Part shown: positions 10,121-20,348 of the stretch, piece by piece | Numbering within the stretch: the first letter of the stretch is position 1 | Layout: each line of letters begins with the position of its first letter | Virus record (IMG/VR): IMGVR_UViG_3300009128_001408 | Location: 2,082-66,081 of that record | Length of the DNA stretch: 64,000 bases | From: a virus | Taxonomy: Duplodnaviria > Caudoviricetes | Strand: one strand, 5' to 3' | The notes under the pieces: model-generated | Seen by the model: only the letters and a program-made list of their open reading frames with translations | What the model was told of the DNA's origin: nothing | Databases searched by the model: none | Translations under genes and position numbers: made by a program

Positions 10121-11398
10121 TTAAAACTGCTCTGACTCCGTAGATTCCGCCATGGCAGTTGTAGAAGAGGTGCCGCCTGATATAACTCCGGTGACATCAT
10201 CAAAGTATCCGGTTCCAACCTCACGCTGGTGCTTAACAGCAGTGTAACCGACATTCACCTGATTAAATTCGTGATTCTGTAACGCTGAGTATGCTTTCAT
10301 CCCGTGCTCCAGGTAACCCCTCGCAAGATCAAACATTCCCATATTAAGAGAGTGAAATCCTGCTAATGTCACAAACTGAAATGTGTATCCCATCTCAGCA
10401 AGTTGTCCCTGAAATGACCTGATATCTGGTGGGCTCAAGTGTTTGGACCAGTTAAATGAGGGTGAGCAATTATATGCCAACATCTTTCCAGGAAACTCGG
10501 CATGAATGGCATCGGCAAATCGGCGTGCCTCATCAATACTGGGTGTTGATGTCTCACACCAGATTAGGTCAGCATAAGGAGCATAGGCGAGACCACGCGC
10601 GATGGCAACGTCCAGGCCTCCCGTAATCCTAAAGAATCCCTCAGGTGTCCTATCAAGCTGCCCGTCAGTAGCGGTAATAAACTGGCGATCCCTCTCGTCA
10701 ATATCCGATGTCAAAAGTTTGGCACTATTAGCATCAGTCCTGGCAATAAGGATCGTGGGTGTGTCCATCACGTCAGCCGCAAGACGTGCAGCCTTAAGAG
10801 TGCGCAGGAAGTGTGATGTGGGGACCAGAACCTTGCCGCCTAAGTGACCGCACTTCTTCTCAGAGCTAAGCTGGTCCTCAAAGTGGACGCCGGCTGCTCC
10901 TGCCTCGATCATGGCCTTCATCATCTCAAAGGCATTGAGGGGCCCACCGAAACCAGCCTCAGCGTCTGCGACAATCGGAACAAACCAGTCACGGGTGACA
11001 TCACCCTCGGAACTCTCGACCTGGTCAGCTCTCTGAAGGGCCTGATTTATCTTCTTAACGACATTGGGAACGCTGTTTGCAGGGTACAGGCTCTGATCCG
11101 GATACATATGGCCTGACAGGTTATTGTCGGCAGCGACTTGCCAGCCGCTTACGTAAATTCCCTGGAGACCTGCCCTTGCCTGCTGGACAGCCTGGTTGCC
11201 TGTAAGAGCTCCCAAAGCCCTGACGGCATCGGTGTCTGGATTGATCATGGCACTCCATAACCTTTCGGCGCCCTTTCGTGCAAGTGTGTGTTCTACCCTT
11301 ACGCTCCCACGAAGACGTTCAACGTCCTTCTGGGTGTAATCCCTCTGTATTCCAGTCCATCTGTCAGTTGTCAATTTACCTAGTCTCCCGTAGGTCAT
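10121..11398 (-). CDS. aceA: isocitrate lyase
   Basis: [23 protein letters not shown] catalytic motif, [21 protein letters not shown]. Confidence 0.97.
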   Translation of the reverse strand: MTYGRLGKLTTDRWTGIQRDYTQKDVERLRGSVRVEHTLARKGAERLWSAMINPDTDAVRALGALTGNQAVQQARAGLQGIYVSGWQVAADNNLSGHMYPDQSLYPANSVPNVVKKINQALQRADQVESSEGDVTRDWFVPIVADAEAGFGGPLNAFEMMKAMIEAGAAGVHFEDQLSSEKKCGHLGGKVLVPTSHFLRTLKAARLAADVMDTPTILIARTDANSAKLLTSDIDERDRQFITATDGQLDRTPEGFFRITGGLDVAIARGLAYAPYADLIWCETSTPSIDEARRFADAIHAEFPGKMLAYNCSPSFNWSKHLSPPDIRSFQGQLAEMGYTFQFVTLAGFHSLNMGMFDLARGYLEHGMKAYSALQNHEFNQVNVGYTAVKHQREVGTGYFDDVTGVISGGTSSTTAMAESTESEQF

Positions 11399-12971
11399 GC
11401 CTTGGTTCCAACATGTCGTACGCATCCAATGTTAAGAACGACGCAAAGTCACTCGTTAGTGCGGTGTCGCGAAGAATCTCGGCCGCATCGTCAATCCTAC
11501 TATCCCTTAAGTCAGTTGTTTCTTCCTTAATGGCAGTCACCGCATTTTTAATGTAATTATCCACTAGTCGCATGGTCACTGGCTCCCCATTCGAGAGGTT
11601 CACGCCATGATAAACCCACTGCCAAATCTGCGCCCTTGAAATCTCGGCTGTGGCAGCGTCCTCCATCATATTATACAATGGAACACATCCAGCGCCACGT
11701 AACCATGATTCTATATATCTCAACGACACGTCAATATTCTTAACTAGCCCGCCAACAGTTCGCCTACCAATTGTCGGTGGCTCGCGAAGGTCCGCTGCTG
11801 TCACGGTTGTATTAAATCGTGGCACCGACATAATCTGATTCGACGTTGGCATATGAGTGTCAAAAATATCCCTAGCCAGGGAGACAAGCGCGGGATGTGC
11901 CACCCACGTGCCGTCATGCCCCATCTTCACCTCTCGAAGCTTATCTTTGCGAACGGCGCCCAATGCTCGATCATTGGCCTCTTCGTCTCCCTTAATCGGG
12001 ATCTGTGCCGCCATACCCCCCATGGCGTGGGCCCCCCTGCGGTGACATGTGTCGATCAGGCGGCGAACATAGGCATTCATGAATGGTGACTCCATGGTGA
12101 CGTCTGATCTGTCTGGCAAAATGTACTGCTCATCGTGGCCGATAGTCTTAATATAACTAAAGATATAGTCCCACCTCCCGCAGTTAAGACCAGCAGAGTG
12201 TTCACGAAGTGCAAACAGTATCTCCTCCATCTGATAAGCTGCCGGGAGGGTCTCAATCAGAACAGTCGCCCTGATTGTCCCGATAGGAATTTTTACGTAG
12301 CTTTGGGCAAAACTAAACACTTGGTTCCACCAGGCAGCTTCCTGCGCTGACTCCAGCTTAGGAAGATAGAAATAAGGACCTGTATCACGGTCAATGAGCT
12401 CCTGCGCATTATGAAAGAAGTAGAGGCCAAAATCAACAAGACTAGCCGGGATGGGCTCATCACCAAACAGAATATTACACTCGTCTAAATGCAGGCCCCT
12501 GGGACGAACCATTAGTACTGCGGGCTGATCATTCAAGTGATATGTTCCCTTAGTTGGATGCTCGAACGTTATATCACGCCTGACAGCATCACGAAGATTC
12601 TGCTGGCCCTCCATAACATTACTCCACGTGGGCGACAGGGAGTCCTCGAAGTCAGCCATAAACGCCTGAGCGCCTGAGTTGAGGGCATTTATCACCATCT
12701 TTCGATCAGTCGGACCTGTAATCTCAACCCGGCGATCTTGGAGGTCATCTGGAATCTTTGCAACTGTCCATTTCGCCGAACGAATATCAGCCGTGGTAAA
12801 CGGATAGTCCAAATTAGTACCCGACTCATGTCGCCACTCCGACATCCTCTCTCGATTTTCTAAAAGATCATTTCGTAGGGGTGTAAACATCGCCGACAGT
12901 GCTTCCAAAAATGCCAGCGCATCTGGGGTTAAAATATCCTGGTACTTTTCAGCAGCGGTCACTCTCATCAC
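11376..12971 (-). CDS. aceB: malate synthase A
   Basis: [47 protein letters not shown]. Confidence 0.97.
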   Translation of the reverse strand: MMRVTAAEKYQDILTPDALAFLEALSAMFTPLRNDLLENRERMSEWRHESGTNLDYPFTTADIRSAKWTVAKIPDDLQDRRVEITGPTDRKMVINALNSGAQAFMADFEDSLSPTWSNVMEGQQNLRDAVRRDITFEHPTKGTYHLNDQPAVLMVRPRGLHLDECNILFGDEPIPASLVDFGLYFFHNAQELIDRDTGPYFYLPKLESAQEAAWWNQVFSFAQSYVKIPIGTIRATVLIETLPAAYQMEEILFALREHSAGLNCGRWDYIFSYIKTIGHDEQYILPDRSDVTMESPFMNAYVRRLIDTCHRRGAHAMGGMAAQIPIKGDEEANDRALGAVRKDKLREVKMGHDGTWVAHPALVSLARDIFDTHMPTSNQIMSVPRFNTTVTAADLREPPTIGRRTVGGLVKNIDVSLRYIESWLRGAGCVPLYNMMEDAATAEISRAQIWQWVYHGVNLSNGEPVTMRLVDNYIKNAVTAIKEETTDLRDSRIDDAAEILRDTALTSDFASFLTLDAYDMLEPRHDLRETR

Positions 12972-13897
12972 TTTGTCATCTCCTTCACATCGGCAAGCAT
13001 TCCAACTAAATCAAGACCTGCGCAGTCAATCTTATTTCTCGTCAAATTATAATGATTAACGAATCCCTCAAATCGATTCTTAGTGCACTCCTTAGAGACA
13101 GTAGTTATGAGCTTGCCGTCATCATCAGTAGGGCACTCAAATGGTATGTCAGTGGCGCGATGCACAGCCACCCAAAGAGCCTTTAATGCCTGGAGTTGTA
13201 CTGGATAGAAGTCCATAAACGGCTTCATGGATTGGCCGTGACACTGGGCACCTTCAACTAGGGGGCGCCTATTAAATCCTCGTCGAACATACGTGTCCTG
13301 ATACTTTGGATAGTAAGCGTTACTGATCTCGACGCCGATGCTGGAATGGTTCCAGGCTCGACCTGAGGCATGCCACGCAGTGTGCTGAGTGTCTAGAAGC
13401 TGGTAGATTGTGCCATCATTATCTATGCAGAAATGAATTGATATACCTCGTTTATTAAGGACCTGTGAACACGATTTAGCGGAAAGACAGACATCCCAGT
13501 GATTGACAAAAAACTTAGGCTTTCGATCTGGTTTTCCTGCATAGGACGTATAGTTTCCGTCCTTAGCCGCCAATCCGCCTTCCTCATCCCACAGCACAAC
13601 TGAGTCCCAATCGATGGGAAAGAAGTTGCCATTATGGACGATGTGATTGTTGGAGGACAACTTCATGGACCTGACAGCTATGGCCTCTGCGTCGCTAATA
13701 TTCGACTCACGTTCTGTCCAAACCCGACGATATGTCATTGGACCGACTAGCCCATCTGCAGTCAAGCCTATACCGCGCTGCCACTTTCTAACAGCTTTCA
13801 CCAGGTCCTCGTCAAACTCCTCAGCGCCGAACCAGCTAGGATCCCATCCAAGCTTAGCGGCTGATGCCTCATTATAAAAATTCTTATCAATTGCCAT
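12968..13897 (-). CDS. N-acetylmuramoyl-L-alanine amidase with peptidoglycan-binding domain (probable endolysin)
   Basis: WQRGIGLTADGLVGPMT PG-binding; HW, SIHFCID, AWHA, SIGVEI, NH...KIDC Amidase_2 motifs. Confidence 0.85.
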   Translation of the reverse strand: MAIDKNFYNEASAAKLGWDPSWFGAEEFDEDLVKAVRKWQRGIGLTADGLVGPMTYRRVWTERESNISDAEAIAVRSMKLSSNNHIVHNGNFFPIDWDSVVLWDEEGGLAAKDGNYTSYAGKPDRKPKFFVNHWDVCLSAKSCSQVLNKRGISIHFCIDNDGTIYQLLDTQHTAWHASGRAWNHSSIGVEISNAYYPKYQDTYVRRGFNRRPLVEGAQCHGQSMKPFMDFYPVQLQALKALWVAVHRATDIPFECPTDDDGKLITTVSKECTKNRFEGFVNHYNLTRNKIDCAGLDLVGMLADVKEMTK

Positions 13898-14165
13898 TTA
13901 AATCTCTCCTAAGATACTCCTTGATAATCATTAACTTTTTCTTCCTGGAGAGTGACTTTATCCGGCGCTCCTCTCTGAGCGCAGCAGACTGGGTCATCTC
14001 AGGACCTGCGTAGACAATACTAACAGGTCGACGGGACCTTGTATATTTGGCACCACGACCTGAATTGTGCGTACGAACTCTTCTAGATATGTCCGTCGAC
14101 ACCCCTGTATAGAGGGTATCATCCGAACACCTAACGATATATACATACCACGACCTGGAACTCAT
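13887..14165 (-). CDS. GIY-YIG nuclease (UPF0213/YhbQ-like)
   Basis: YVYIVRC..LYTG...R..HNSGRGAKYTR, ALREE..IK. Confidence 0.9.
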   Translation of the reverse strand: MSSRSWYVYIVRCSDDTLYTGVSTDISRRVRTHNSGRGAKYTRSRRPVSIVYAGPEMTQSAALREERRIKSLSRKKKLMIIKEYLRRDLNGN

Positions 14166-15178
14166 CTGAGATTTATGTGAGTCAATCCCTCGGTGGTGCC
14201 GGATGATGTCTGCTCAACAAACCGCGCCTTAGCTCTAAACTCGCGCAAGTCTCGAGCGCCGGTGTATGAAAGCCCACTCCTAATTCCCGTCTTTATCTCG
14301 TACAGTTTCTCAGCGACTCCACCTCGATATGGAACCGTAGATGAGACGCCCTCAATGGAGGCCGTATGGCCTCGCCACTCGATCTGAGCGTCCTTGCTAG
14401 CCATTCCTCGATATACCTTTCTCTTCTGTCCCTTTACAAAGATAGCGTCTCCAGGCGTCTCGGCATGCCCAGCCAGCATAGAGCCCAGCATAACAAAATC
14501 AGCGCCGGCAGCGAGAGCCTTGACAATATCACCTGACGTCCTCAGTCCACCGTCAGCAATTAACTTGGCATTCCTATCGGACGACGCGCAGCTAATAATT
14601 GACTCAAGCGTTGGCATGCCGTGGCCTGTCTGGGTGCGGGTGGAGCAGATACTACCACCACCAATGCCAACACGAATAGAGTCGGCGCCCCAGTCGGCCA
14701 AGTCATTAAATGCGTCAAGAGTTGCAACATTGCCTGCCATGATGTGAACGGCGTCTCCAAAAATTTCCCGAAGATCGGAAAGCATCTTCTTCATCAGGAT
14801 ATGATGGCCATGTGCAATATCAACGCACAGAATATGGACACCAGCATCGTAAAGAGCAGTAGCACGCTCTAAGTGTGCGCTCCCCACTCCAATTGCAGCT
14901 GCAACATGAACTGTTCCAATATCACGAGTCTTTTTAACAATCGCGACCTGCTGTTTCACTGAATTGTACCTGTGAATCACGCCCAGGCCCCCGATGTCCT
15001 CCATAGCACGGGCCATATAGTGCTCCGTGACGGTGTCCATGGGACTGGATATAATCGGGACATCCAAAGTGAGAGCGTCAGGTCGAAGCTCGGAACTGAT
15101 ATCAATCTCCGATCGACTCTTGATAGCAGAAAACTGTGGAACTAATAGGACATCATCAAAGCAGATTGTCTTTTTCAT
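14162..15178 (-). CDS. guaB: IMP dehydrogenase / GMP reductase family, no CBS domains
   Basis: FDDVLLVP, MDTVT, GIGGGSICST, IADGG, YRGMAS; IMPDH versus GMPR not separable by eye. Confidence 0.8.
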   Translation of the reverse strand: MKKTICFDDVLLVPQFSAIKSRSEIDISSELRPDALTLDVPIISSPMDTVTEHYMARAMEDIGGLGVIHRYNSVKQQVAIVKKTRDIGTVHVAAAIGVGSAHLERATALYDAGVHILCVDIAHGHHILMKKMLSDLREIFGDAVHIMAGNVATLDAFNDLADWGADSIRVGIGGGSICSTRTQTGHGMPTLESIISCASSDRNAKLIADGGLRTSGDIVKALAAGADFVMLGSMLAGHAETPGDAIFVKGQKRKVYRGMASKDAQIEWRGHTASIEGVSSTVPYRGGVAEKLYEIKTGIRSGLSYTGARDLREFRAKARFVEQTSSGTTEGLTHINLR

Positions 15179-15909
15179 ATTTCAATCTCCAGCGGAAGCC
15201 ACGGGCAAAACCCGGACTTCTCGCCAATATTCTCGTATCCAAATGGGTTGCAGACGACACGCGTGTCGCCTATATTATAAAAGGAGCAGGTGTGAGTGTG
15301 GCCGTGGATCCATGCCCTAGGCTGAATCTCCTCGATCATGTCATCCATCGGGCAGACAAAAAATCGATTAAACGGTGATGCGATATATTGTTGTGCCACC
15401 GATCGGTGACTAGGCAGAAAATGCGTAATCACCACGTCAGATTCAACGACGGTATTCCTAAGGTAGGCCTGGGACTTGACGTTCTGGTCATACACCCAGT
15501 CACGAAATTCAGGTATCTGTCCAAAATCAGCCATCGGCCGTTCGAACTTCTTATTGCTCTCCTGGAATGGAAACCACAACGTCGACCCGACGAACCTAAC
15601 GCCGCATAGTTCGACCGCGGAATTATCAAGGTGATAGAAGTTGGAGTACTTTTGGGAGATCCCGTCAATTGTGGCCTGGAGTTTAGCAACAGGATTATTG
15701 TAGTGTTCGTGATTGCCTGCCACATAAATTACATGCTGAAACTCCTCGCAGAATGTCCCTAGCACACTAGGAAGTCGAGTGCCAGAATTACAGACGTCTC
15801 CTGCCACAACTAAGACATCCACATCGCGGTTCAGGGCCCGCAACATCTCCTCAAATGTTCCGGGCTGCATGTGATCCACATGAAGGTCGCTAATTGGCAG
15901 TACTATCAT
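15175..15909 (-). CDS. calcineurin-like metallophosphoesterase
   Basis: SDLH, AGD, GNHE, THF, HGHTH, CNPFGY. Confidence 0.85.
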   Translation of the reverse strand: MIVLPISDLHVDHMQPGTFEEMLRALNRDVDVLVVAGDVCNSGTRLPSVLGTFCEEFQHVIYVAGNHEHYNNPVAKLQATIDGISQKYSNFYHLDNSAVELCGVRFVGSTLWFPFQESNKKFERPMADFGQIPEFRDWVYDQNVKSQAYLRNTVVESDVVITHFLPSHRSVAQQYIASPFNRFFVCPMDDMIEEIQPRAWIHGHTHTCSFYNIGDTRVVCNPFGYENIGEKSGFCPWLPLEIEI

Positions 15910-17546
15910 TGCATTCGCCGCTTAAAGTCAGCAGGAAAGAACCTGGTCGCCCTTCCAAAGAATGTCATCCAGTCGGAGTCTAAAACGTACGTGACGGCAT
16001 AGTCGTCGAAATTTCGAATACTTCGGCCAGTTGCCTGGATCAGGGTCTTCGCAGTCTGGAGGGGATACCACCATGACCACTTATTCATTCGCTTGCGAAC
16101 CAACGGATCTCCGAAGTACGGATACGGTACCTTGCAGATTACCTGAAAGCGACTCAGGTCGTCTTTTAAGTCAACCCCTTCAGTCATAGATGGTGATAAT
16201 AGGACAGTAGGTTCGGATGACCCCAGATGACGTCTCAGGACCTCCTCGCGGTCTTCTGATGTGTGTATTAGGAGCCTCTTTCCCAAATTTCCCCTAATCT
16301 CGGCCTTGATGGCCTTTGCGATCTTAAATGTATGAGTATGAATTATTCCCTTCTCATCAGGATGCTGTCCAAGTAACTCACGAATAGTCTTGGTCATCTT
16401 AGGCAGCGTGGAGTCAATATTAGACTTATTCATACTGCCAACCCCTAAGGAAAAGACCGGACGGTGTTCAATTGGAAAAGGAGAGGGAATACTAATAAAC
16501 TCTGCCTCAGACTGTCGAATCCCTAATGAGCGACAGAATGCCTCCTTGTCCAGGATCGTAGCGCTCATTAGTAGCACCCGCTGACCAAGTCTGAGGAGGT
16601 ACGCCTCGGCAAAAGGCGCGATATCAATGGCACGGAACGTCATCTTGCGCTTGGACCGACCAAACGCCGGGACATTCTCAAAGACCCAGTTGCTGGCATC
16701 ATAGACGCTGAGGAAAGTCTCCAATCTGTCACAATGCCCGCGAAGCAGGTCAAACTCACGAGCTATCTTTCCAAACTCCTTCATTGTCTTCTCTAGGTCG
16801 GTGAACTTCTCCATCATCTTCTCGATGTGGTCCCTCTGTCGTTTGATCTTTGGAAAGTAAACACTTCTAATCCACTTGGATGCCTGAAACTGTGTCGGCT
16901 TTCCTGGCCAGTTAATGTCAAGCATCTGTTTGCAGAACCGCTCAGAGACCGTGACCTCGACGAACTTGCTCAGCTCAGACTCAGCATTGTGTGCCTCATC
17001 GACGACAAGCAGCTCTCGAGGCGTAATCTTTCCTGAGTAGTTTGATTCGGTAAGCAAATAGGGAAAGTTGGTGACAGACTCCGGAGAGTCGATGAAATCC
17101 TTCTTGGCAAGCTTATACCGACATGACTTGGTGCACGTCTTAAAAAACTTCCCTTCCCTTGGCGCAGTACGAAGTGCAGCCTGGGACTCTGAGCAATTAC
17201 TAGCCTTGTGAAACTTACATTGGTAGTTAGTGGATGACTTAATCGAGACCATTTGACCAGATGGGGCGCCAAAGTCCGATGTGTACTGATCCTGAAGTAG
17301 CTTCTGAGTCGTGACAAAATATGACCCGCGCTTATACCCATCGGCAGGGATCGTTAACTGGTTATCAAAGTACCGCGCGATGGTGACTCCAATGGCCGAT
17401 TTGCCAACACCAGTCCCGCCCTCTATGATAACGAACCGCTTGTTGGCGTTAAATGCCGTAAGCGTGGAGTCGATAGCGGTGCGCTGTGTGGCCCGCATCT
17501 CATCATAGGGAAAAAATTTATCGTAGTCTACTGTCATCTTTGCCAA
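15906..17546 (-). CDS. DinG/Rad3-like SF2 helicase
   Basis: GTGVGKS, DEAH, SAT, EGVDL, QATGRSIR; Cys cluster. Confidence 0.88.
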   Translation of the reverse strand: MAKMTVDYDKFFPYDEMRATQRTAIDSTLTAFNANKRFVIIEGGTGVGKSAIGVTIARYFDNQLTIPADGYKRGSYFVTTQKLLQDQYTSDFGAPSGQMVSIKSSTNYQCKFHKASNCSESQAALRTAPREGKFFKTCTKSCRYKLAKKDFIDSPESVTNFPYLLTESNYSGKITPRELLVVDEAHNAESELSKFVEVTVSERFCKQMLDINWPGKPTQFQASKWIRSVYFPKIKRQRDHIEKMMEKFTDLEKTMKEFGKIAREFDLLRGHCDRLETFLSVYDASNWVFENVPAFGRSKRKMTFRAIDIAPFAEAYLLRLGQRVLLMSATILDKEAFCRSLGIRQSEAEFISIPSPFPIEHRPVFSLGVGSMNKSNIDSTLPKMTKTIRELLGQHPDEKGIIHTHTFKIAKAIKAEIRGNLGKRLLIHTSEDREEVLRRHLGSSEPTVLLSPSMTEGVDLKDDLSRFQVICKVPYPYFGDPLVRKRMNKWSWWYPLQTAKTLIQATGRSIRNFDDYAVTYVLDSDWMTFFGRATRFFPADFKRRMQ

Positions 17547-17553
17547 CCTGACT

Positions 17554-17581
17554 AATATACCGTCAGGTGTGAGACTTTACA
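17554..17581 (-). promoter_or_regulatory. class I promoter TGTAAA-N16-TATATT heading the helicase-to-pckA operon
   Basis: Conserved motif and spacing. Confidence 0.6.
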
Positions 17582-17589
17582 GCAAATAC

Positions 17590-18117
17590 TTAAAAACTAT
17601 CTGGCTGTTCCAGGTCAGGCTGTTGTCTGTAATCTACTGTTATCTCGTCACCAGCCGCAATATCCTGGAGGGCGAATAGCCTTCGGACGCCGCGGCGGAG
17701 TACATTGCCAGCATTCGGCTCGTCACTATGATTGTGAAATGCTCCAAGATTTGTGGGGATATAACTGTTGGCTGCAGCGATGTGTGAGATCCCAAGATTA
17801 GTTCCCGCCGGGATATCGGCCGAGGCGAAGACACCGGTGCCATGAACACCTGAATCCTGAAGGTGCATAGGTACTGTCTGTTCGATGGCCAGCTCCTGCT
17901 GGACACCATCTGGATTTTTACAGTGCCACTTGATATGGTCCTCATAGTCCTTGATGGACACCTGGCCATCGGAGTCTAAATCAAAGTGGTGAAACAGTTC
18001 CATCGGTGTTAGATTACCGTCACCGTTGGGATCTAGGGGAGAGGCGGGTGAACCGGTCTCCTCATTAATAACAGTCTCGATTACGTGGCGAAGCGCCCCC
18101 TTGTTAATTTTCATCAC
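17590..18117 (-). CDS. leader + paired EF-hand + SET-domain protein
   Basis: MMKINKGALRHVIETVINEE; DPNGDGNLTPME and DLDSDGQVSIKD; HGTGVFA, HNHS..PN, GDEITVDY. Confidence 0.8.
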   Translation of the reverse strand: MMKINKGALRHVIETVINEETGSPASPLDPNGDGNLTPMELFHHFDLDSDGQVSIKDYEDHIKWHCKNPDGVQQELAIEQTVPMHLQDSGVHGTGVFASADIPAGTNLGISHIAAANSYIPTNLGAFHNHSDEPNAGNVLRRGVRRLFALQDIAAGDEITVDYRQQPDLEQPDSF

Positions 18118-18541
18118 TACCCCTAAGTAGCTTAGCCACCTTTATAAGATGTCCCCCAACAAACTTAAAGTCTGACGCCAGGTCCTGTCCAATCTCGGCG
18201 CCGAGTTGCCCGGCAGCAACTCTGGTCTCTCCTGCAAGGTCGACCATCGACTCGAACTGCTCTTCCGTGGCAGTCTCAGCTGCCAGGACATCCCTCTCAA
18301 TGCCTAGGAGCTCGTCGACAGCTCGCATGGCCTTAAGAGCTAGGTCAACGTGGTGCTGTTCACTCATCTCATCCTTAAGCTTGACAAATGCCTTGACGGC
18401 ACCCGGGCACAGATCAAAGTTCTCAGATGTGTAATCCCCAAACGCGACCTGCTCACCGAGGCCACCTTCTGTCTGTTCGGCCAGCCAAGGAGACAACTCC
18501 TCAGTCAGTATACTCTTAAGCTGGGACTTTCTTATTCTCAT
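18104..18541 (-). CDS. hypothetical protein with leader MRIRKSQLKSILTEEL
   Basis: Shared leader; likely start at 18541. Confidence 0.7.
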   Translation of the reverse strand: MRIRKSQLKSILTEELSPWLAEQTEGGLGEQVAFGDYTSENFDLCPGAVKAFVKLKDEMSEQHHVDLALKAMRAVDELLGIERDVLAAETATEEQFESMVDLAGETRVAAGQLGAEIGQDLASDFKFVGGHLIKVAKLLRGSDEN

Positions 18542-18625
18542 CCTAGTCTTTCCTACCAATAGTGCCTCTATCATTAATTATTATCCACGCGACCATTAAG
18601 ACCAGTAAAACCACCACAATAGCCG

Positions 18626-18877
18626 TCATGGTAACCTTTCGTACCAGGGGCCCATCGGCCTTTCCTCAGTTGCAAGGTCCATGCCATGGCATCGCTGTAC
18701 ATCGGCACCAAAGCCGTACTGGTGATCGTTAAAGTACTTCTCCCACTCCTCATCGATTATAGGGACGCCCTCAATCCGACGTCGAGGATTTATAATCTTT
18801 CGTTCAGTCACAATCCTCCCATTTGCCTTCTTGGAACTTATCATGACCTCCTTCTGGTTGGCTGACTTCTTTTTCAT
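18626..18877 (-). CDS. hypothetical protein
   Basis: ORF coupled to upstream stop. Confidence 0.55.
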   Translation of the reverse strand: MKKKSANQKEVMISSKKANGRIVTERKIINPRRRIEGVPIIDEEWEKYFNDHQYGFGADVQRCHGMDLATEERPMGPWYERLP

Positions 18878-19941
18878 CAGGCATCGCCTCGCAGGTACAG
18901 GTGAATATCATTGAGGTGTGTCAAGGCAGCCGCAAGCTTTACATCGACCCAGTCCGGTAGATCATCTCGACCCGCCAGAGCGGACTCAATCTTGGATGAT
19001 AGCGAACTGACCTCACGAAGCACGGTACGTGCCATGTCATTCCCATCATCGTGTGACTCTGTCGTAGGCTCGTGACAGCCACAGCCCTCGTCTGCGCCTA
19101 GAATAAGATCATTGGGAGGATCAAAATTGGAGGATGCCCTAGATTCTGGATCTGGACTACCTCGATGCCTCGGATTATCCAACTCACCAAGCTCTTCCTT
19201 TAAAATTGCTGCTAGTTCACTCTTTAGTATTTTCATATTATACCCCTCCTGAGCAACGGACAATGATATGTCTCTGTCGGATCTCTCAGTGTCGGCGAGG
19301 CGATCCAAGTAGCCCCTCCGCCTGAGCTCTTTAAAGGCTAAATTCTCCACGGAAAACTCGCCTGCATTACTTAACCCTGTTTTTCTCATATTGGCCAGCT
19401 TCTCACGCAAGCCTGTGATGTGCATCGCCCTATCTGAACGCTGAAGTGTGTCATCAATCAGAGCCATGAGAGACTCCACTTTCTGTACCACAGATGCCGG
19501 ATCGACACTTGGTTCCGTTCGAGTCGGCTGGATCACCCACTTGTCTCGAAGGACGCTATAGACACCTGTCGAATGATGTAACTCAGAAGCATCCTGAGGA
19601 TATACCTCGACGTCATGACCCTTGATAGTGATATTGTGCCTGAGGTTCCACAGCGACTTCTTGGCCATTAGCATTTGACTAACAAGATCTAGATCTTCGT
19701 CTATTGAAGAATAATCCATTATAACATGGAGATCTAGGTCACTCTCAGGTGTGTAGTTAAAATTAGCCATGCTTCCTGTGACAGTTATATCCTCAGGTGT
19801 GGCTTCGATACCAAGACTAATCAAAAACTCAGCCGCGATGCGAAGAAGTGCCTTCCTAGCACCACGTCGCATAGTGCTATCATCCCATATCTCAGGGTCT
19901 AGCACATCATGAACTAATGGCGAGGAATCGGGTCCAGACAT
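18877..19941 (-). CDS. Pol-beta-superfamily nucleotidyltransferase fused to a leader-bearing C-terminal module
   Basis: TGSMANF...SDLDLHV, DVEVY; internal AGGAGG-N9-ATG start at 19236 (MKILKSELAAILKEEL). Confidence 0.75.
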   Translation of the reverse strand: MSGPDSSPLVHDVLDPEIWDDSTMRRGARKALLRIAAEFLISLGIEATPEDITVTGSMANFNYTPESDLDLHVIMDYSSIDEDLDLVSQMLMAKKSLWNLRHNITIKGHDVEVYPQDASELHHSTGVYSVLRDKWVIQPTRTEPSVDPASVVQKVESLMALIDDTLQRSDRAMHITGLREKLANMRKTGLSNAGEFSVENLAFKELRRRGYLDRLADTERSDRDISLSVAQEGYNMKILKSELAAILKEELGELDNPRHRGSPDPESRASSNFDPPNDLILGADEGCGCHEPTTESHDDGNDMARTVLREVSSLSSKIESALAGRDDLPDWVDVKLAAALTHLNDIHLYLRGDA

Positions 19942-20318
19942 TATCCTGGTCCTGATATAACAAATCGTTTTCCGCCCTTACGAAGGACAGGTGCATTTTC
20001 CCTAGTGTCAATCCTTATGGTTCGAATACCCTTCAGTTTAAGGGTGTCAGCAATCTCATGGACCTGGTCGACAGGCGACTTAGCATCAGGTACGAACCTA
20101 ATTTTAATATTAAGCCTTGCTCGTCCTGAAGCACCTTTATCGGCTGGATCCTGCTGGGTCGCTGTTGCGACGCCCTGCGCAATCCTAATTGCAGTCAGCG
20201 TCTCAGATATATTGACTTTTTTGGCCAGCTCGAGTGTCACATCAAAATCGATCAGTCGAAGCTCAGTCTCTTTCGTCTGACGCTCTTCAAATAACAGGTC
20301 TTTCATAATCGAAACCAT
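19941..20318 (-). CDS. hypothetical protein
   Basis: ORF; N-terminal IMKDLLFEE leader-like; class II motif upstream. Confidence 0.65.
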   Translation of the reverse strand: MVSIMKDLLFEERQTKETELRLIDFDVTLELAKKVNISETLTAIRIAQGVATATQQDPADKGASGRARLNIKIRFVPDAKSPVDQVHEIADTLKLKGIRTIRIDTRENAPVLRKGGKRFVISGPG

Positions 20319-20348
20319 CCAATAAAATAATTATCAACGATACACCAA

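Noticed and set aside
13887-14165. Homing endonuclease or intron
   Set aside because: 92-aa stand-alone UPF0213-type GIY-YIG with no DNA-binding extension; neighbouring genes are uninterrupted
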